From: the human T2T-CHM13v2.0 reference genome, Homo sapiens
Length of the DNA: 64,000 bases
Direction: 5' to 3'
Assembly: GCA_009914755.4 (NCBI GenBank)
Contig: CP086569.2
Location: 3,968,001 to 4,032,000 of the forward strand
A model generated the notes under the pieces. That model did no database searches. It was not told the DNA's origin and saw only the letters and a list, made by a program, of their open reading frames with translations. This document shows positions 1 through 11,100 of this stretch, in pieces. Positions within the stretch are counted from its first letter, which is position 1; the number at the start of each line of letters is the position of its first letter. The translations under genes were made by a program, and so were the position numbers.

Positions 1-131
1 TAATGGTAATCCCACCACCCTTTGCTGACTCTCTTTTCAGACTCAGCCCATCTGCATCCAGGTGAAATAAATAGCCTTGTTGCTCACACAAAGCCTGTTT
101 GGTGGTCTCTTCACACGGATGTGTGTGACAA
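1..131 (+). mobile_element. LTR7/HERV-H-like LTR, 3'-terminal (R/U5-like) fragment, cut by the window start
   Basis: The sequence aataaa tagccttgttgctcacacaaagcctgtttggtggtctcttcacacgga matches the conserved 3' end of LTR7-type LTRs as I recall it. The rest of the element lies outside the window. Confidence 0.4.
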
Positions 132-169
132 TAAGGTCTTGGATTTGACAATAAAAATGAGAAACCGAG

Positions 170-540
170 TGTATTAGTCCATTCTCACACTGCTATAAAG
201 AAATACCCAAGACTGGGTAATTTATAAAGGAAGAGGGTTTAATTGACTCACAGTTCCACATGGCTGGTGAAGTCTTAGGAAACTTACAATAATGGAGGAA
301 GGCAAAGAGGAAGCGAAGACCTTTTTCACATGGCATCAGGAGGGAGCAAAGTGTGCAAAGGAGGAATTTGCCAAACACTTATAAAGCCATCAGATCTCAT
401 AAGAACTCACTCATTATCACAAGAACAGCATGGGGGAAACTGCCCACGTTTTAATCACCTCCCAACAGGTTTCTCTCTTAACACCTGGGGATTAAAATTC
501 AAGATGAAATTTGGTTGGGACACAAAGCCTAACCATATCA
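170..540 (-). mobile_element. THE1-type (ERVL-MaLR) solo LTR
   Basis: Reverse complement of the THE1 LTR consensus from tgtattagtcc...ttaattgactcacagttc...catcagatctc...acaagaacagcatggggg...tcacctcccaac...ggggattaaaattcaagatgaaatttggttggga...aaccatatca. It is flanked by near-identical 5-bp direct repeats, ccgag at 165-169 and ctgag at 541-545. Confidence 0.8.
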
Positions 541-879
541 CTGAGGTGAAACAAAGTACACGTTCACTGAAAAATATTTCAAGGACCTTTGATAACAGAA
601 GACTGGAAAGATTATTCATAAGAATACAGAACACACAGCAAACCCATGCCAAGTGAGCAATGCATTTTCTTTAGCACTCTGTACTGTTGTTCTGAAGTAA
701 AAGAACTGTTTCTGAAAATCAAACAAAATATTATAAAAGCTTCACAATCAAACAATTTGAAACAAACCATCAATTTAAATGTGCAAATAAATTTTAAAAG
801 AAACATAAAATTAAAATTGCTATGAATTAGAAGTAGTGCTGGAGAAGTAAAAAAACAAAATATTTCAATGGATAAGGGA

Positions 880-1192
880 TAGTGGATATTAAGGGTTGAA
901 TTATGCCCTCACAAAAGACATGTTTAGGTCCTAATACCCAGCATCTCAGTATGTGACCTTGTTTGGAAATAGGGTTGTTACAGATGTAATTAGTTAAGTA
1001 AAGGTGAGGTTATACTAGAGTAAGATGGGGCCTCAATACAAAATGACTGAGGTCCTTATAAGAAGAAAAAGTCACACATGTGGAATAAATGACCTTTTAA
1101 AGACAGAGCCAGAGATTAGAGTGATGCTGCTACAAGTCAATCAATACAAGGATTGCCTGCAAACATCAGGAGATAGAAGAGCCTTTTAACAT
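880..1192 (+). repeat. MLT1-like MaLR LTR fragment, truncated at its 3' side by the adjacent L1
   Basis: Typical MLT1-family string: gttgaatt.tgccctc.caaaa.acatgtt.aggtcctaa.acccag...gtgaccttgtttggaaatagggt.gttacagatgtaattagttaag...ggtccttataagaag. The subfamily cannot be assigned. Confidence 0.45.
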
Positions 1193-2180
1193 GAAATGAT
1201 GTTGAATTTTATTGAAAGCCTTTTCTGCATGTATTGAGACTATCATGTAGATTTTTTCATTCTTTTTTATGTGATGAAGTAAATTTACAATTTGTATATG
1301 TTGAAACAACCTTGCATTCCAGGAATAAAGCCTACTTGATCGAGCTGGTTTAGCTTCTTGATGTACTACTGTATTCTGTTAGGTAATATTTTGTTGAGAA
1401 GTTTTGCATCTATATTCATCAAGGATCTTGACGTGAAGTACTCCTTTTTTTGTGTGTCTCTGCCAGGTTTTGGTATCTGAATAAAGCTGGCCTCATAGAA
1501 TGATTTAGGGAGGAGTCATTCCTCTGCATTTTTTTTTTAATAGTTTCAACAGGAATGGTATCAGCTGTTCTTTGTACATTTCATAGAATTAGGCTGTGAA
1601 TCAACCTGGTCCAGGGATTTTTCTGGTTGTTAGGCATTTTGTAACTTATTCAATTTTCAAACTCATTATTGGTGTATTCAGGGTTTCAATTTCTTCCTGT
1701 TTCAATCTTGGGAGGATGTATGTTTCCAGGAATTCATCCATTTTATATAGATTTTCTAGTTTGTGTGCATAGAATTGATTGTAACAGTCTCTGAGAATTA
1801 TTTTGTATTTCTGTTGAGTCGGTAATAATGTCACCTTTGTCATTTCTGATTGGGTTTATTTTAGTTCTCTCTTTATTAGTCTAGCTAGTGATCTATCAAT
1901 CATTTATTCTTTCAAAGAAACAACTTCTTATTCCTTTGATTTTTTTATTGTATAGATCTCAACTCTCAATTTCATTCAATTCAGCTCAGATTTTTGTTAT
2001 TTCTTGTCTTCTGCCAGCTTTGGGTTTGGTTTGCTCTTTTTTTTTTTTTTTTTTTGTAGTTTTTGGTGTGATACCAGCTTGCTAATTTCAGATCTTTATA
2101 ACTTTTTGATATGGGCATTTAGTGCTGTAAACTTAACTCTTAACACTGCTTATCTCTGCCCTAGGGATTCTGTTATATCT
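1193..2180 (-). mobile_element. L1 fragment covering ORF2 codons about 330-665 (EN/RT linker to RT N-terminal half), antisense
   Basis: Minus-strand ORF 1646..1843 reads ...[36 protein letters not shown].., the L1 ORF2 Z-domain. The reverse-complement translation of 1193-1500 gives ..[12 protein letters not shown].. and [28 protein letters not shown]. The region catttagtgctgtaaac at 2110-2150 is the reverse complement of the ORF2 [14 protein letters not shown] region. A (T)20 expansion lies inside the element at 2036-2055. Confidence 0.85.
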
Positions 2181-2760
2181 TTTATTTTTAATTTTAGCTT
2201 TTATTTTAGATATGCGGGTACATGTGTAGAATTGTTACATGGGTATATTGGACTCCATTTGTGAGCATAGTACCCAGTAGCTATTTCTTCAACTCTCACT
2301 CCCACTTTCTTCCCTCCTCCCTCTAGTGGTCTAGTAGTTTAGCTCCCACTTATTAGTGAGAGCTAAACATTGAATAAACATGGACATAAACATGGAAAAA
2401 ACAGAAACTGTGGTCATTCAGTTTTCTGTTCCTGTGTTAATTCATTTAGGACTATGGTCTTTAGCTCCATCCATGTTGCTGCAAAGAACATGGTCTCCTC
2501 TTTTTATGGATGAATAGTATTCTATGGTGTATATGGACCACACTTCCTTTATCCAATTCACTACTGATAGGCACATAGATTGATTCCATGTATTTGCTAT
2601 TGTGAATAACACAGTGATGAACATAAAAGTGAGTGTTTTTTTGGTACAATGATCTATATTTTTGGGGGTATATATCCAGTTCTGAGATTGCTGATAAGCA
2701 TTGTAGTAGACACCTAGCTGGGCTCATTTACTCCCATCTCTCCCTGTTCCACATGACATG
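2181..2760 (-). mobile_element. L1 3'-terminal fragment (ORF2 C-terminus plus 3'UTR), antisense, not colinear with the preceding L1 fragment
   Basis: Minus ORF 2442..2624 reads MFITVLFTIANTWNQSMCLSVVNWIKEVWSIYTIEYYSSIKRGD, matching the ORF2 C-terminus MFIAALFTIAKTWNQPKCP..DWIKKMWHIYTMEYYAAIK. The A-rich tail in reverse complement lies at 2181-2210 and is followed by tatgcgggtacatgtg, the L1 3' end in reverse complement. Confidence 0.8.
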
Positions 2761-2865
2761 TTGATCTTGAGGCACCATTTTATTGGACCATTCCTCACAT
2801 CTTTAAAAATAGAAATGACATATATTTTTCCAATGAAATTAGCTCAAATTCCTAATGTTAATTTT

Positions 2866-2930
2866 CAAGGTTTTTTATCAATTAGCATAAAAATTCTCAA
2901 GGTTTTTACCAATTAGCAGAAAAATTCTAA
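2866..2930. repeat. Tandem duplication of about 32 bp (two copies)
   Basis: caaggttttttatcaattagcataaaaattct followed by caaggtttttaccaattagcagaaaaattct. Confidence 0.7.
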
Positions 2931-5900
2931 GTAATACTTAATGAAACTAAAAACAGGAGAGTCTGTAATGTTAATTCCAACTATTCTCCCATGAAGAAAC
3001 TTAGTACATGGTTCATGATAGCACAAGGGAGAGTCTATTAGTAACAGAATAAATAAGTGAGATAAATTGGCTGTAGTAGGGAGTTGAAAGCAGAGTAACC
3101 ATTTACAGTAGTCCATTAATGAGTTTATAGCTTCAAAAATCACCTGCATGCAACTTCTATGCATATAGCAGCATTCTAAGCATTACAGAAAATACAAAAT
3201 AGTTCACTGACTGTTAGGTAGTCAAGAACCATCTTAGGGAATAAAGTTAAGAAAAAAGAATAATATCTTAATAACCCCTAAGAGGTAATAAAAGTATTAG
3301 AAGGAGAGAGAGAGATAGCACCAGATCTGGTTAGGAGAGACTTAGCTTATACAAAGTTTTAGTGGTGACAAATGAGCAATTTTTCTTGACTGACTACAAA
3401 ATAGATTAACCTGGTCAGAATAAAAGATTCACAGTCGTGAACCACGTAATATCAGTCAGTGATGGACCACATATATGATGATGATTTCATAAGATTATAA
3501 TGAAGCTGAAAATTTCTATAGCCTGTTGTTTACTATACTGCACTTTTCATCATTATTTAGAATGTATTATTGTGAAAGAGTAACGTATAAAAAATATTAC
3601 CTGTAAAACAGCCTCAGGCAGGTCCTTCAGGAGGTATTTAAGAAGAAACCATTGTTATCATAGGAGATGACAGCTTCATGCAAGTAATTGCCCCTGAAAA
3701 TCTGAGATGTGGAGGTAGAAGACAGTGATATTTATGATTCTGGCTCTGTGTAGGCCTAGCATCAAGTGTATTTTTGTGTCTTCGTTTATAACAAAAAAAG
3801 TTTAAAAACTAATGAAAACATTAAAAATTATTTTTAAAAAGGTTGTAAACAAGCATATAAACAAAGAAAATATTGTTGTACAGCTATGAGGTGTTTTTGT
3901 GTTTGAAGCTAAGTATTATTTTTGATCAGTCAAGGAGTTGAAAAAATAAAAATTTTATGATGCAAAAAAGTTATAGTAAGCCAAGCTTAATTTATTTTCA
4001 AGAAAAAACAATATTTTAAATGAACTTAGCACAGCCAAAGTGTTCAATGTTTATAAAGTCTGCAGTTGAATGCAATCTTAGGCCTTTACATTCACTTACC
4101 ACTCACTCACTGATTCAACCAGAGCAACTTCTAGTCCTGTGAGTTCCATTCATGCTGAGAGCCTTATACAGATGTATCAAATTTAATCTTGTACGCTATA
4201 TTTTGACTCTACCTTTTCTATGCTTAGATATGTTTAGATGCACACATATATATTATTGTGTTACAATTGCCTACAGTATTCAGTTCACTAACGTATCACA
4301 CAGGTTTGTATCCTAGAAGCAATAAGGTATACTCTATAGCTTAGGTGTGTAGTAAGCTATAACATCTAGGTTTGTGTACATACATTCTACAATATTTATT
4401 CAATGAAGAAATTGCCTAAGAATACATTTCTCAGAAATATATTCACTGTTTTAAACAATATGTTATTGCAACAGGCATACCTCAGTTTTTTGTTATTTGC
4501 TTTATTGTGCTTCACAGATATTGTGTTTATTAACATTTAAGGTTTGTGGCAATCCTGTATCAAGAAAGCCTATTGGTAACAATTTTCCAACATCACTTGC
4601 TTACTTTGTGTCTCTGTGTTACATTTTGGCAATTCTCATAATATTTCAAAAATTTTCAGTATTATATCAGCTATGGTCATTTATGGTCTCTGATGTTACT
4701 ATTGTAATTGTTCTGTGGCACCATAAACTGCGGTCACATAAGACAGTAAACTTAATACATAAATGTTGTATGTGTTCTGACTGCTCCACCTACCAGCATT
4801 TCCCCCATCTTTCTCCCTCTTGTCAGGCCTGTCTATACCTTGAGACACAACAATATTTAAATTAGGCCAATTAATAACCCTACAATGACATGTAAGTATT
4901 CACGTCAAATAGAGTTTCATGTCTCTCACTTTAAATCAAAAGGTAGAAAGTGATTAGACTTAATAAAGAAGGCACTTCAAAAATCAAAATAGGCTGAAAA
5001 CTAGGCATCTTGCACTAAATAATGAGCCAAGTTGTGAATGCAAACTAAAAGTTATTGGAGAAAATTAGAAGTGCTACTCCAGTAAAAATCTGAATGATAA
5101 GAAAGTGAAACAGCCTTATTACGTGCTGATATGGAGAAAATTTCAGTAGTCTGAATCAAAGACAAACCAGCCACAAAATTCACTTAGGCAAAAGCCCAAT
5201 CCAGAGCAAGGCCCTAACACTCGTTAATTCTATGAAAACTGAGAGAGGTGAGGATGTTACGGTAGGAAAGTTTGAAGCTAGTAGAGGTTGGTTCATGAGG
5301 TTGAAGGAAATAAGCCATTTTCATAACACAAAAACGCAAGGTGAATCAGCAAATGCTGATGGAGAAGCTGCAGCAAGTTATCTGGAAGATCTAGCTAGGA
5401 TAATTGAAGAAGGTGGCTATACTAAACAACAGATTTTCATTGTAGACAAAAACAGCCTTCTGTTGGAAGATGATGACATCTAGGACTTTCATAGATGGAG
5501 AAAGGAAGTCAATGCCTGACTTCAAAGCTTTAATAGACAAGGTGACTCTCTTGTTAGTGGCTAATGCAGCTGGTGACTTTAAATTTAAGTCAGTGCTCAT
5601 CTACTATTCTGAAAATCCTAGGGTATTTAAAAATTATGCTAATTATACTCTGCCTGTCCTCTATAAATGGAGTGGCAAAACCTGGATGAGAGAACATCTG
5701 TTTACCATATGGTTTACTTAATATGTAAGCCCGCTGTTGAGACCTACTGCTCAGAAATAAAGATTTCATTCAAAATATTACTGTTCACTGACAATTCACC
5801 TAGTCAACCTAGAACTCTGATGAAAATTTGCAAGGAGATTAATGTAGTTTTCATGCCTGTTAACACAATATCCATTCTGTAGCCCTAGATGAATGAATGT

Positions 5901-5941
5901 TTTTGACTTCCAAGACTTATTTAAGAAAAGCATTTCATAAT

Positions 5942-6115
<174 letters not shown>

Positions 6116-6454
6116 ATAGGGCTATATCTGCCATTGGTAATGATTCCTCTGATAGATCTGGGCAATTCCTTCTGGAAAGAAAATCACCATTCAAGATACC
6201 AATTAAGAACATTTGTGATTCATGGAAGGTCAAAATATCTACATTAACAGAAGTTTGGAATAAGATAATTCCAACCTTCATGAACGACTTCAATGGATTC
6301 AACACTTCTATAGAGAAAGTAATATAAATATGGTGGGAATAGCAAGATAAATAAAATTAGAAGTGGAGCTTAAAGATGGAACTAAATTACTGCAGTCTCA
6401 TGATAAAACTTGGATGGATGAGCACTCGCTTTTTATGAATGAACAAATACATTG

Positions 6455-6505
6455 CTCCCTCTCCCTCTCCCTCTCCCTCTCCCTCTCCCTCTCCCTCTCC
6501 CCTCT
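6455..6505 (+). repeat. (CTCCCT)n hexamer array, the 5' module of the SVA
   Basis: Eight tandem ctccct units followed by ctcccctctttccatggtctccctctgatgccgag. Confidence 0.9.
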
Positions 6506-7839
6506 TTCCATGGTCTCCCTCTGATGCCGAGCTGAGGCTGGACTGTACTGCCGCTGTCTTGGCTCACTGCAACCTCCCTGCCTGATTCTCGTGCCTCAGG
6601 CTGCCGAGTGCCTGGGATTGCAGGTGCACGCCGCCACGCCTGACTGGTTTCCGTATTTTTTTGGTGGAGACAGGGTTTCACTGTGTTGGCCGGGCTGGTC
6701 TCTAGCTCCTAAACATGAGTGATCTGCCAGCCTCGGCCTCCCGAGGTGCCGGGATTGCAGATGGAGTCTCCTTCACTCAGTGCTCAATGTTACCCAGGCT
6801 GGAGTGCAGTGGTGTGATCTCGGCTCAATACAACCTCCACCTCCCAGCCGCCTGCCTTGGCCTCCCAAAGTGCGGAAATTGCAGCCTCTGCCCGGCCGCC
6901 ACCCCGTCTGGGAAGTGAGGAGCGTCTCTGCCTGGCCGCCCATCATCTGGGATGTGAAGAGCCCCTCTGCCCGGCTGCCCAGTCTGGGAAGTGAGGAGCG
7001 CCTCTTCCCGGCCGCCATCCCATCTAGGAAGTGAGGGGCATCTCTGCCCAGCTGCCCATCATCTGAGATGTGGTGAGCGCCTCTGCCCCGCTGCCCCGTC
7101 TGGGATGTAAGAAGTGCCTCTGCCTAGCTGTGACCCCATCTGGGAGGTGAGGAGCGTCTCTGTCCGGCTGCCCCATCTGAGAAGTGAGGGGCCCCTCCGC
7201 CCGGCAGCCACCCCATCTGTGAAGTGAGGAGCCCCTCCGCCCTGCAGCCGCCCCGTCTGGGAGGTGTACCCAACAGCTCATTGAGAGCTGGCCATTATGA
7301 CAATGGCAGTTTTGTCGAGTAGAGAGGGGGGAAATGTGGGGAGGGGATGGAGAGGTCGGATTGTTGCTGCGTCTGTGTAGAGGGAAGTAGACATAGGAGA
7401 CTCCATTTTGTTCTGTACTAAGAAAAATTCTTCTGCCTTGGGATGCTGTAAATCTATAACCTTACCCCCAACCCTGTGCTCTCTGAAACACGTGCTGTGT
7501 CCACTCAGGGTTAAATGGATTAAGGGCGGTGCAAGATGTGCTTTGTTAAACAGATGCTTGAAGGCAGCATGCTCATTAAGAGTCATCACCACTCCCTAAT
7601 CTCAAGTACCCAGGGACACAAACACTGCAGAAGGCCGCAGGGTCCTCTGCCTAGGAAAACCAGAGACCCTTGTTCACTTGTTTATCTGCTGACCTTCCCT
7701 CCACTATTGTCCTATGACCCTGCCAAATCCCCCTCTGCGAGAAACACCCAAGAATGATCAATAAATACTAAAAAAAAAAATAAAATAAAAACAAAATAAA
7801 ATAAATAAAAATCAAGAGGGGGAATATTAAAAAATAAAT
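6455..7839 (+). mobile_element. SVA composite retrotransposon (hominid-specific), short copy, nested in Tigger1
   Basis: Canonical SVA order on the + strand. A (CTCCCT)n hexamer array lies at 6455-6505. An antisense Alu-like region follows at about 6506-6890 (gagacagggtttcactgtgttggccgggctggtctc). A GC-rich VNTR of roughly 37-40 bp units lies at about 6890-7260 (gccgccaccccgtctgggaagtgaggagcgtctctgcc...). A SINE-R (HERV-K-derived) region at 7261-7773 starts gtgtacccaacagctcattgagag and ends ..gagaaacacccaagaatgatcaataaatactaaaaaaaaaaa. The poly(A) and A-rich tail run to 7839. Putative target-site duplication: aaatacattg at 6445-6454 and aaataaattg at 7840-7849. Confidence 0.85.
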
Positions 7840-8120
7840 AAATAAATTGATTTTTGCGGGGATAGAGTCCACTCCTGGTGAAGATGCTGTGAACTTGGTT
7901 GAAATGACAGCACCTGATTTAGAAGATTACAGAAACTTAGTTGATAAAACAGTGTCAAGGTTTGAGATGATCAACTAAAACTTTGAAAGAAGTTCTGTTG
8001 TGGGGATGATGCTATCAAAAATCACTGCATGTTACAGAGAAAATTTTTTATGAAAGAAAGAGTCAATTAATATGGCAAACATAATTGTCTCATTTTAAGA
8101 AATTGACATATTTTCTACCT

Positions 8121-11100
8121 GGGACCAAAGGAAGATGGCAGATAGGAGGCAGGGCTAATGTGCATCTCCCACTTGGATAGACAGAACGATGTGTTGATAC
8201 TCACACTGTGAACTGTTGTTCCAAGAATTACTGCAGGAACGTATCAGGAAAACCAAAAGAATTAACAGATATTTGAAAGAAGTGACATGCCACTGCAAAC
8301 TCTGCAGGACGAGTGAAAAGCTTTGAGTTCCCAAATTGTGAGAGTGAGAAAACCTGCCTTTGAACACACATCCCCACTGGGAAATCTAAAATTTCAGATA
8401 ACAGGAGAAGAATTTAACCTTATCTAGAGCTGGAATGGATTTAGGGAGCCATGTGAAATACAAAAGTAGAAGCAGCAGTATGAGAAGCCTCGTAGGCACT
8501 CCCAGTCTCCAGTTTGAGCCCATGGAAGCCATCTCTGACTTTATCTCACAGGGGCCCTCAGGAAAGGCAGACAGCAGAATTAGGGAGGGGACACAGGGTG
8601 AAAGAATCTTCCAAATAAATGTGATAATTTCAAGTGGGAACAAAATCCCTCGAACAGAATCTAGGGGATGAATGGGAACTACAGCAGAAATGAGCATAGG
8701 AACGGGTTATCCACCATTGCAGGTAAATGGAGAGGGGTGTGGCATGAACACTGTGCTTGCTTTTTCAGCGGGGAATCTTATGGCATGGGGAGGGTCTGAG
8801 TTCTGTGCACAGGCAGCCTGGATCTAAACTGACCACTTGCACTGTTAGTGGGGCACTGTGGGAACAAGACCAGCCTTGCCAACTGTGTGGAGGCTGAGTG
8901 AAGCCTTTTACTACCAGTGACCCCCTACTTCCCTAGTGAAGTCTCCTGTATGGGAGAGGTAGCCATAATCCCCTCTGGAACATAACCCCATTGGCCTGAG
9001 AACTACCTGCTTATCCCCACAGTGACAGCTGCAAGCCCTGCCCAAGAAGAGTCTTTACTAGATCAGCCTAACCCTGCCCCCATCTGATGGTATTTCTCTA
9101 CCCACCCTGGTAGCCAAACACAAAAGACACAAACTCTTGGGAGTTTTATGGCCCCACCCATCACCTGAGAAATCAGAATACTTCCCCTGGCCAACTTAGG
9201 GCAAGCTCAAATTCCACTGCTAATACAACAGCTGGGATCTCCTGAAAGTGCCACCTCCTGGCTGGAGGTCAACCAGCTAAGGCCATTACAGCATCTCATG
9301 ACAGAATAATGCTCCTCCCAGGAAGGAGAAAACAGCAACTAATACCACTGCCTGCAACATCCTGGCTACCAGAGGTCCTGAGTCTGTCCATGTAACAACT
9401 TCACTGCTAGCATAACCAGCATTCATGAAAACTAGGATTTAACCTGTCTACAACCAAGGATTCTCAGAATCTGCATCACTCCCCTGCCATCTCCACCAGA
9501 GCAGGTGCTGGTATCCATGGCTGGGAGACCCAAAGACTGATCATATCACAGGATTCTTTGCAGACATTTCCCAGCACCAGCCCAGAGCCTGGTAGCCCCA
9601 CTGGGTGGCTAGATCCAAAAGATCAATTACAATCACTGCAGTCTGGTTCTCAGGAAGCCCTATCCCTAAGGGGAAGGGGACAACACCACATCAAAGAATC
9701 ACCCCATGGGACAAAAGAATCTGAACAGCGGGCCTTAAGTTCCAGATCTTTCTCACAGCAGAAACACAATTGCAGTGCTGGATGCAGTAATAAAAATTCT
9801 GCACCTATACCACAACAGGCAGGCAGCCTCAGTGATCATGAAGAGCCTTGGAGAAGGGGTCCTTCTTCCCCCTGGTACTCTATGCAGACACAGCTGGGGC
9901 TTCCCCCACAGGAATGCAGTATGGAGTCACCTATAGACAGACTTTGTGGAACAGTCCTGGTGAGTGCAGCCCCATAGGAGGAGCCTACCCCAGATTCAGG
10001 CCTGCAAGTGTGGCAGAGTCACAATTCCCCCCTACTTGAAACATCAACATTTCCATAGACAAAAAGTGGTGCCTGTATGATCTGAATAGCTGAAACATAA
10101 AGCAGGAGTGAGGCTGTGAAGCTTTCCTGCTGATCTGGCAGGAAGTTGAGGTAGCTCCCACTCTTCACCCTGATAAAACCTCAGCACATTTAATTGAGAG
10201 TTCACTCAGCCATCCTCATTATGGCTGGGACCTTGACCCAACATTGGGTATTACATCTACCCATCTGCCTTAGTCAGAATCAATGCTTACCCAGGGATAT
10301 CTCCCCTATTGGCCTGAAGCCTGATTCATCAACTTAGTAAATAAAATACAAGGACAAATAATAAATAAATAAAGTGTATACCACAAGAGAATGAGATATG
10401 CTTCAAGAGATCCTTGCCTTTCCAACTCCATAGGAGATAGTAAACTTACCCACACACCAAGAATATAACTACTACAACCAGCATTAGGGAAAACCAGAAC
10501 GCAAAGACTCTCATAACTAAGGATCTCTTAGAGAGTCATCACCCCTACAAGCATCAAGAATCAAATTAGGCTAAAATAAACATTAAAGTCTGATCCTTAA
10601 GAGAATAAAAAAGAAATATATATTAAATAAAAACACAGTTCAATTAAAAATAAATTCCAAAAAAAATTTTAAGTACTAGCCTACTCAAATGAGAAGGAAC
10701 TAGAAAAGTAATTCTGGTAATATGACAAAACAGGGTTTTAAAGCACCCCCAAAAGATCACACTAGCTCCCTAGCAGTGGATCCAAACCAAGAAGAAATCT
10801 CTGAATTGCCAGGTAAGGAATTCAGAAGTCACACCTGTAATCCCAGCACTTTGGGAGGCCGAGGTGGGCAGATCACGAGGTCAGGAGTTCGAGACCAGCC
10901 TGACCAACATGGTGAAAACCCGTCTCTACTAAAAATACAAAAATTAGCAGGGCATGGTGGCACACACCAGTAATCCTAGCTACTCAGAAGGCTGAGGCAG
11001 GAGAATCGCTTAAACCCATACCCAGAAGGTGGAGGTTGCAGTGAGCTGAGATCACATCACTGCACTCCAGCCTGGGCGAGAGAGTGAGACTCAGTCTCCA

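Noticed and set aside
4497-4865. 122-aa ORF (+) near the Tigger1 5' end
   Set aside because: It falls in the non-coding 5' region of the Tigger1 consensus, upstream of the transposase remnants at 5180-6330. The translation is hydrophobic and low-complexity.
6455-6505. Regularly spaced short repeats (ctccct repeated 8 times) that might look like a CRISPR-type array
   Set aside because: The unit is 6 bp with no spacers. It is the canonical (CCCTCT)n 5' module of an SVA retrotransposon, followed by Alu-like, VNTR and SINE-R modules.
6433-7281. Several 60-85 aa ORFs with Arg/Gly/Pro-rich translations (for example 6433..6681 on the minus strand, with a GRGRGRGRGR run)
   Set aside because: These are translations of the SVA hexamer, Alu-like and VNTR modules. 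The GRGR run is just (CTCCCT)n read on the opposite strand.
9558-9977. 139-aa ORF (+) with a Ser/Pro/Gln-rich translation
   Set aside because: It lies inside the roughly 2.6 kb 5'UTR of the old L1 at 8121-13900. The low-complexity composition is typical of chance ORFs in L1PB/MA 5'UTR sequence.
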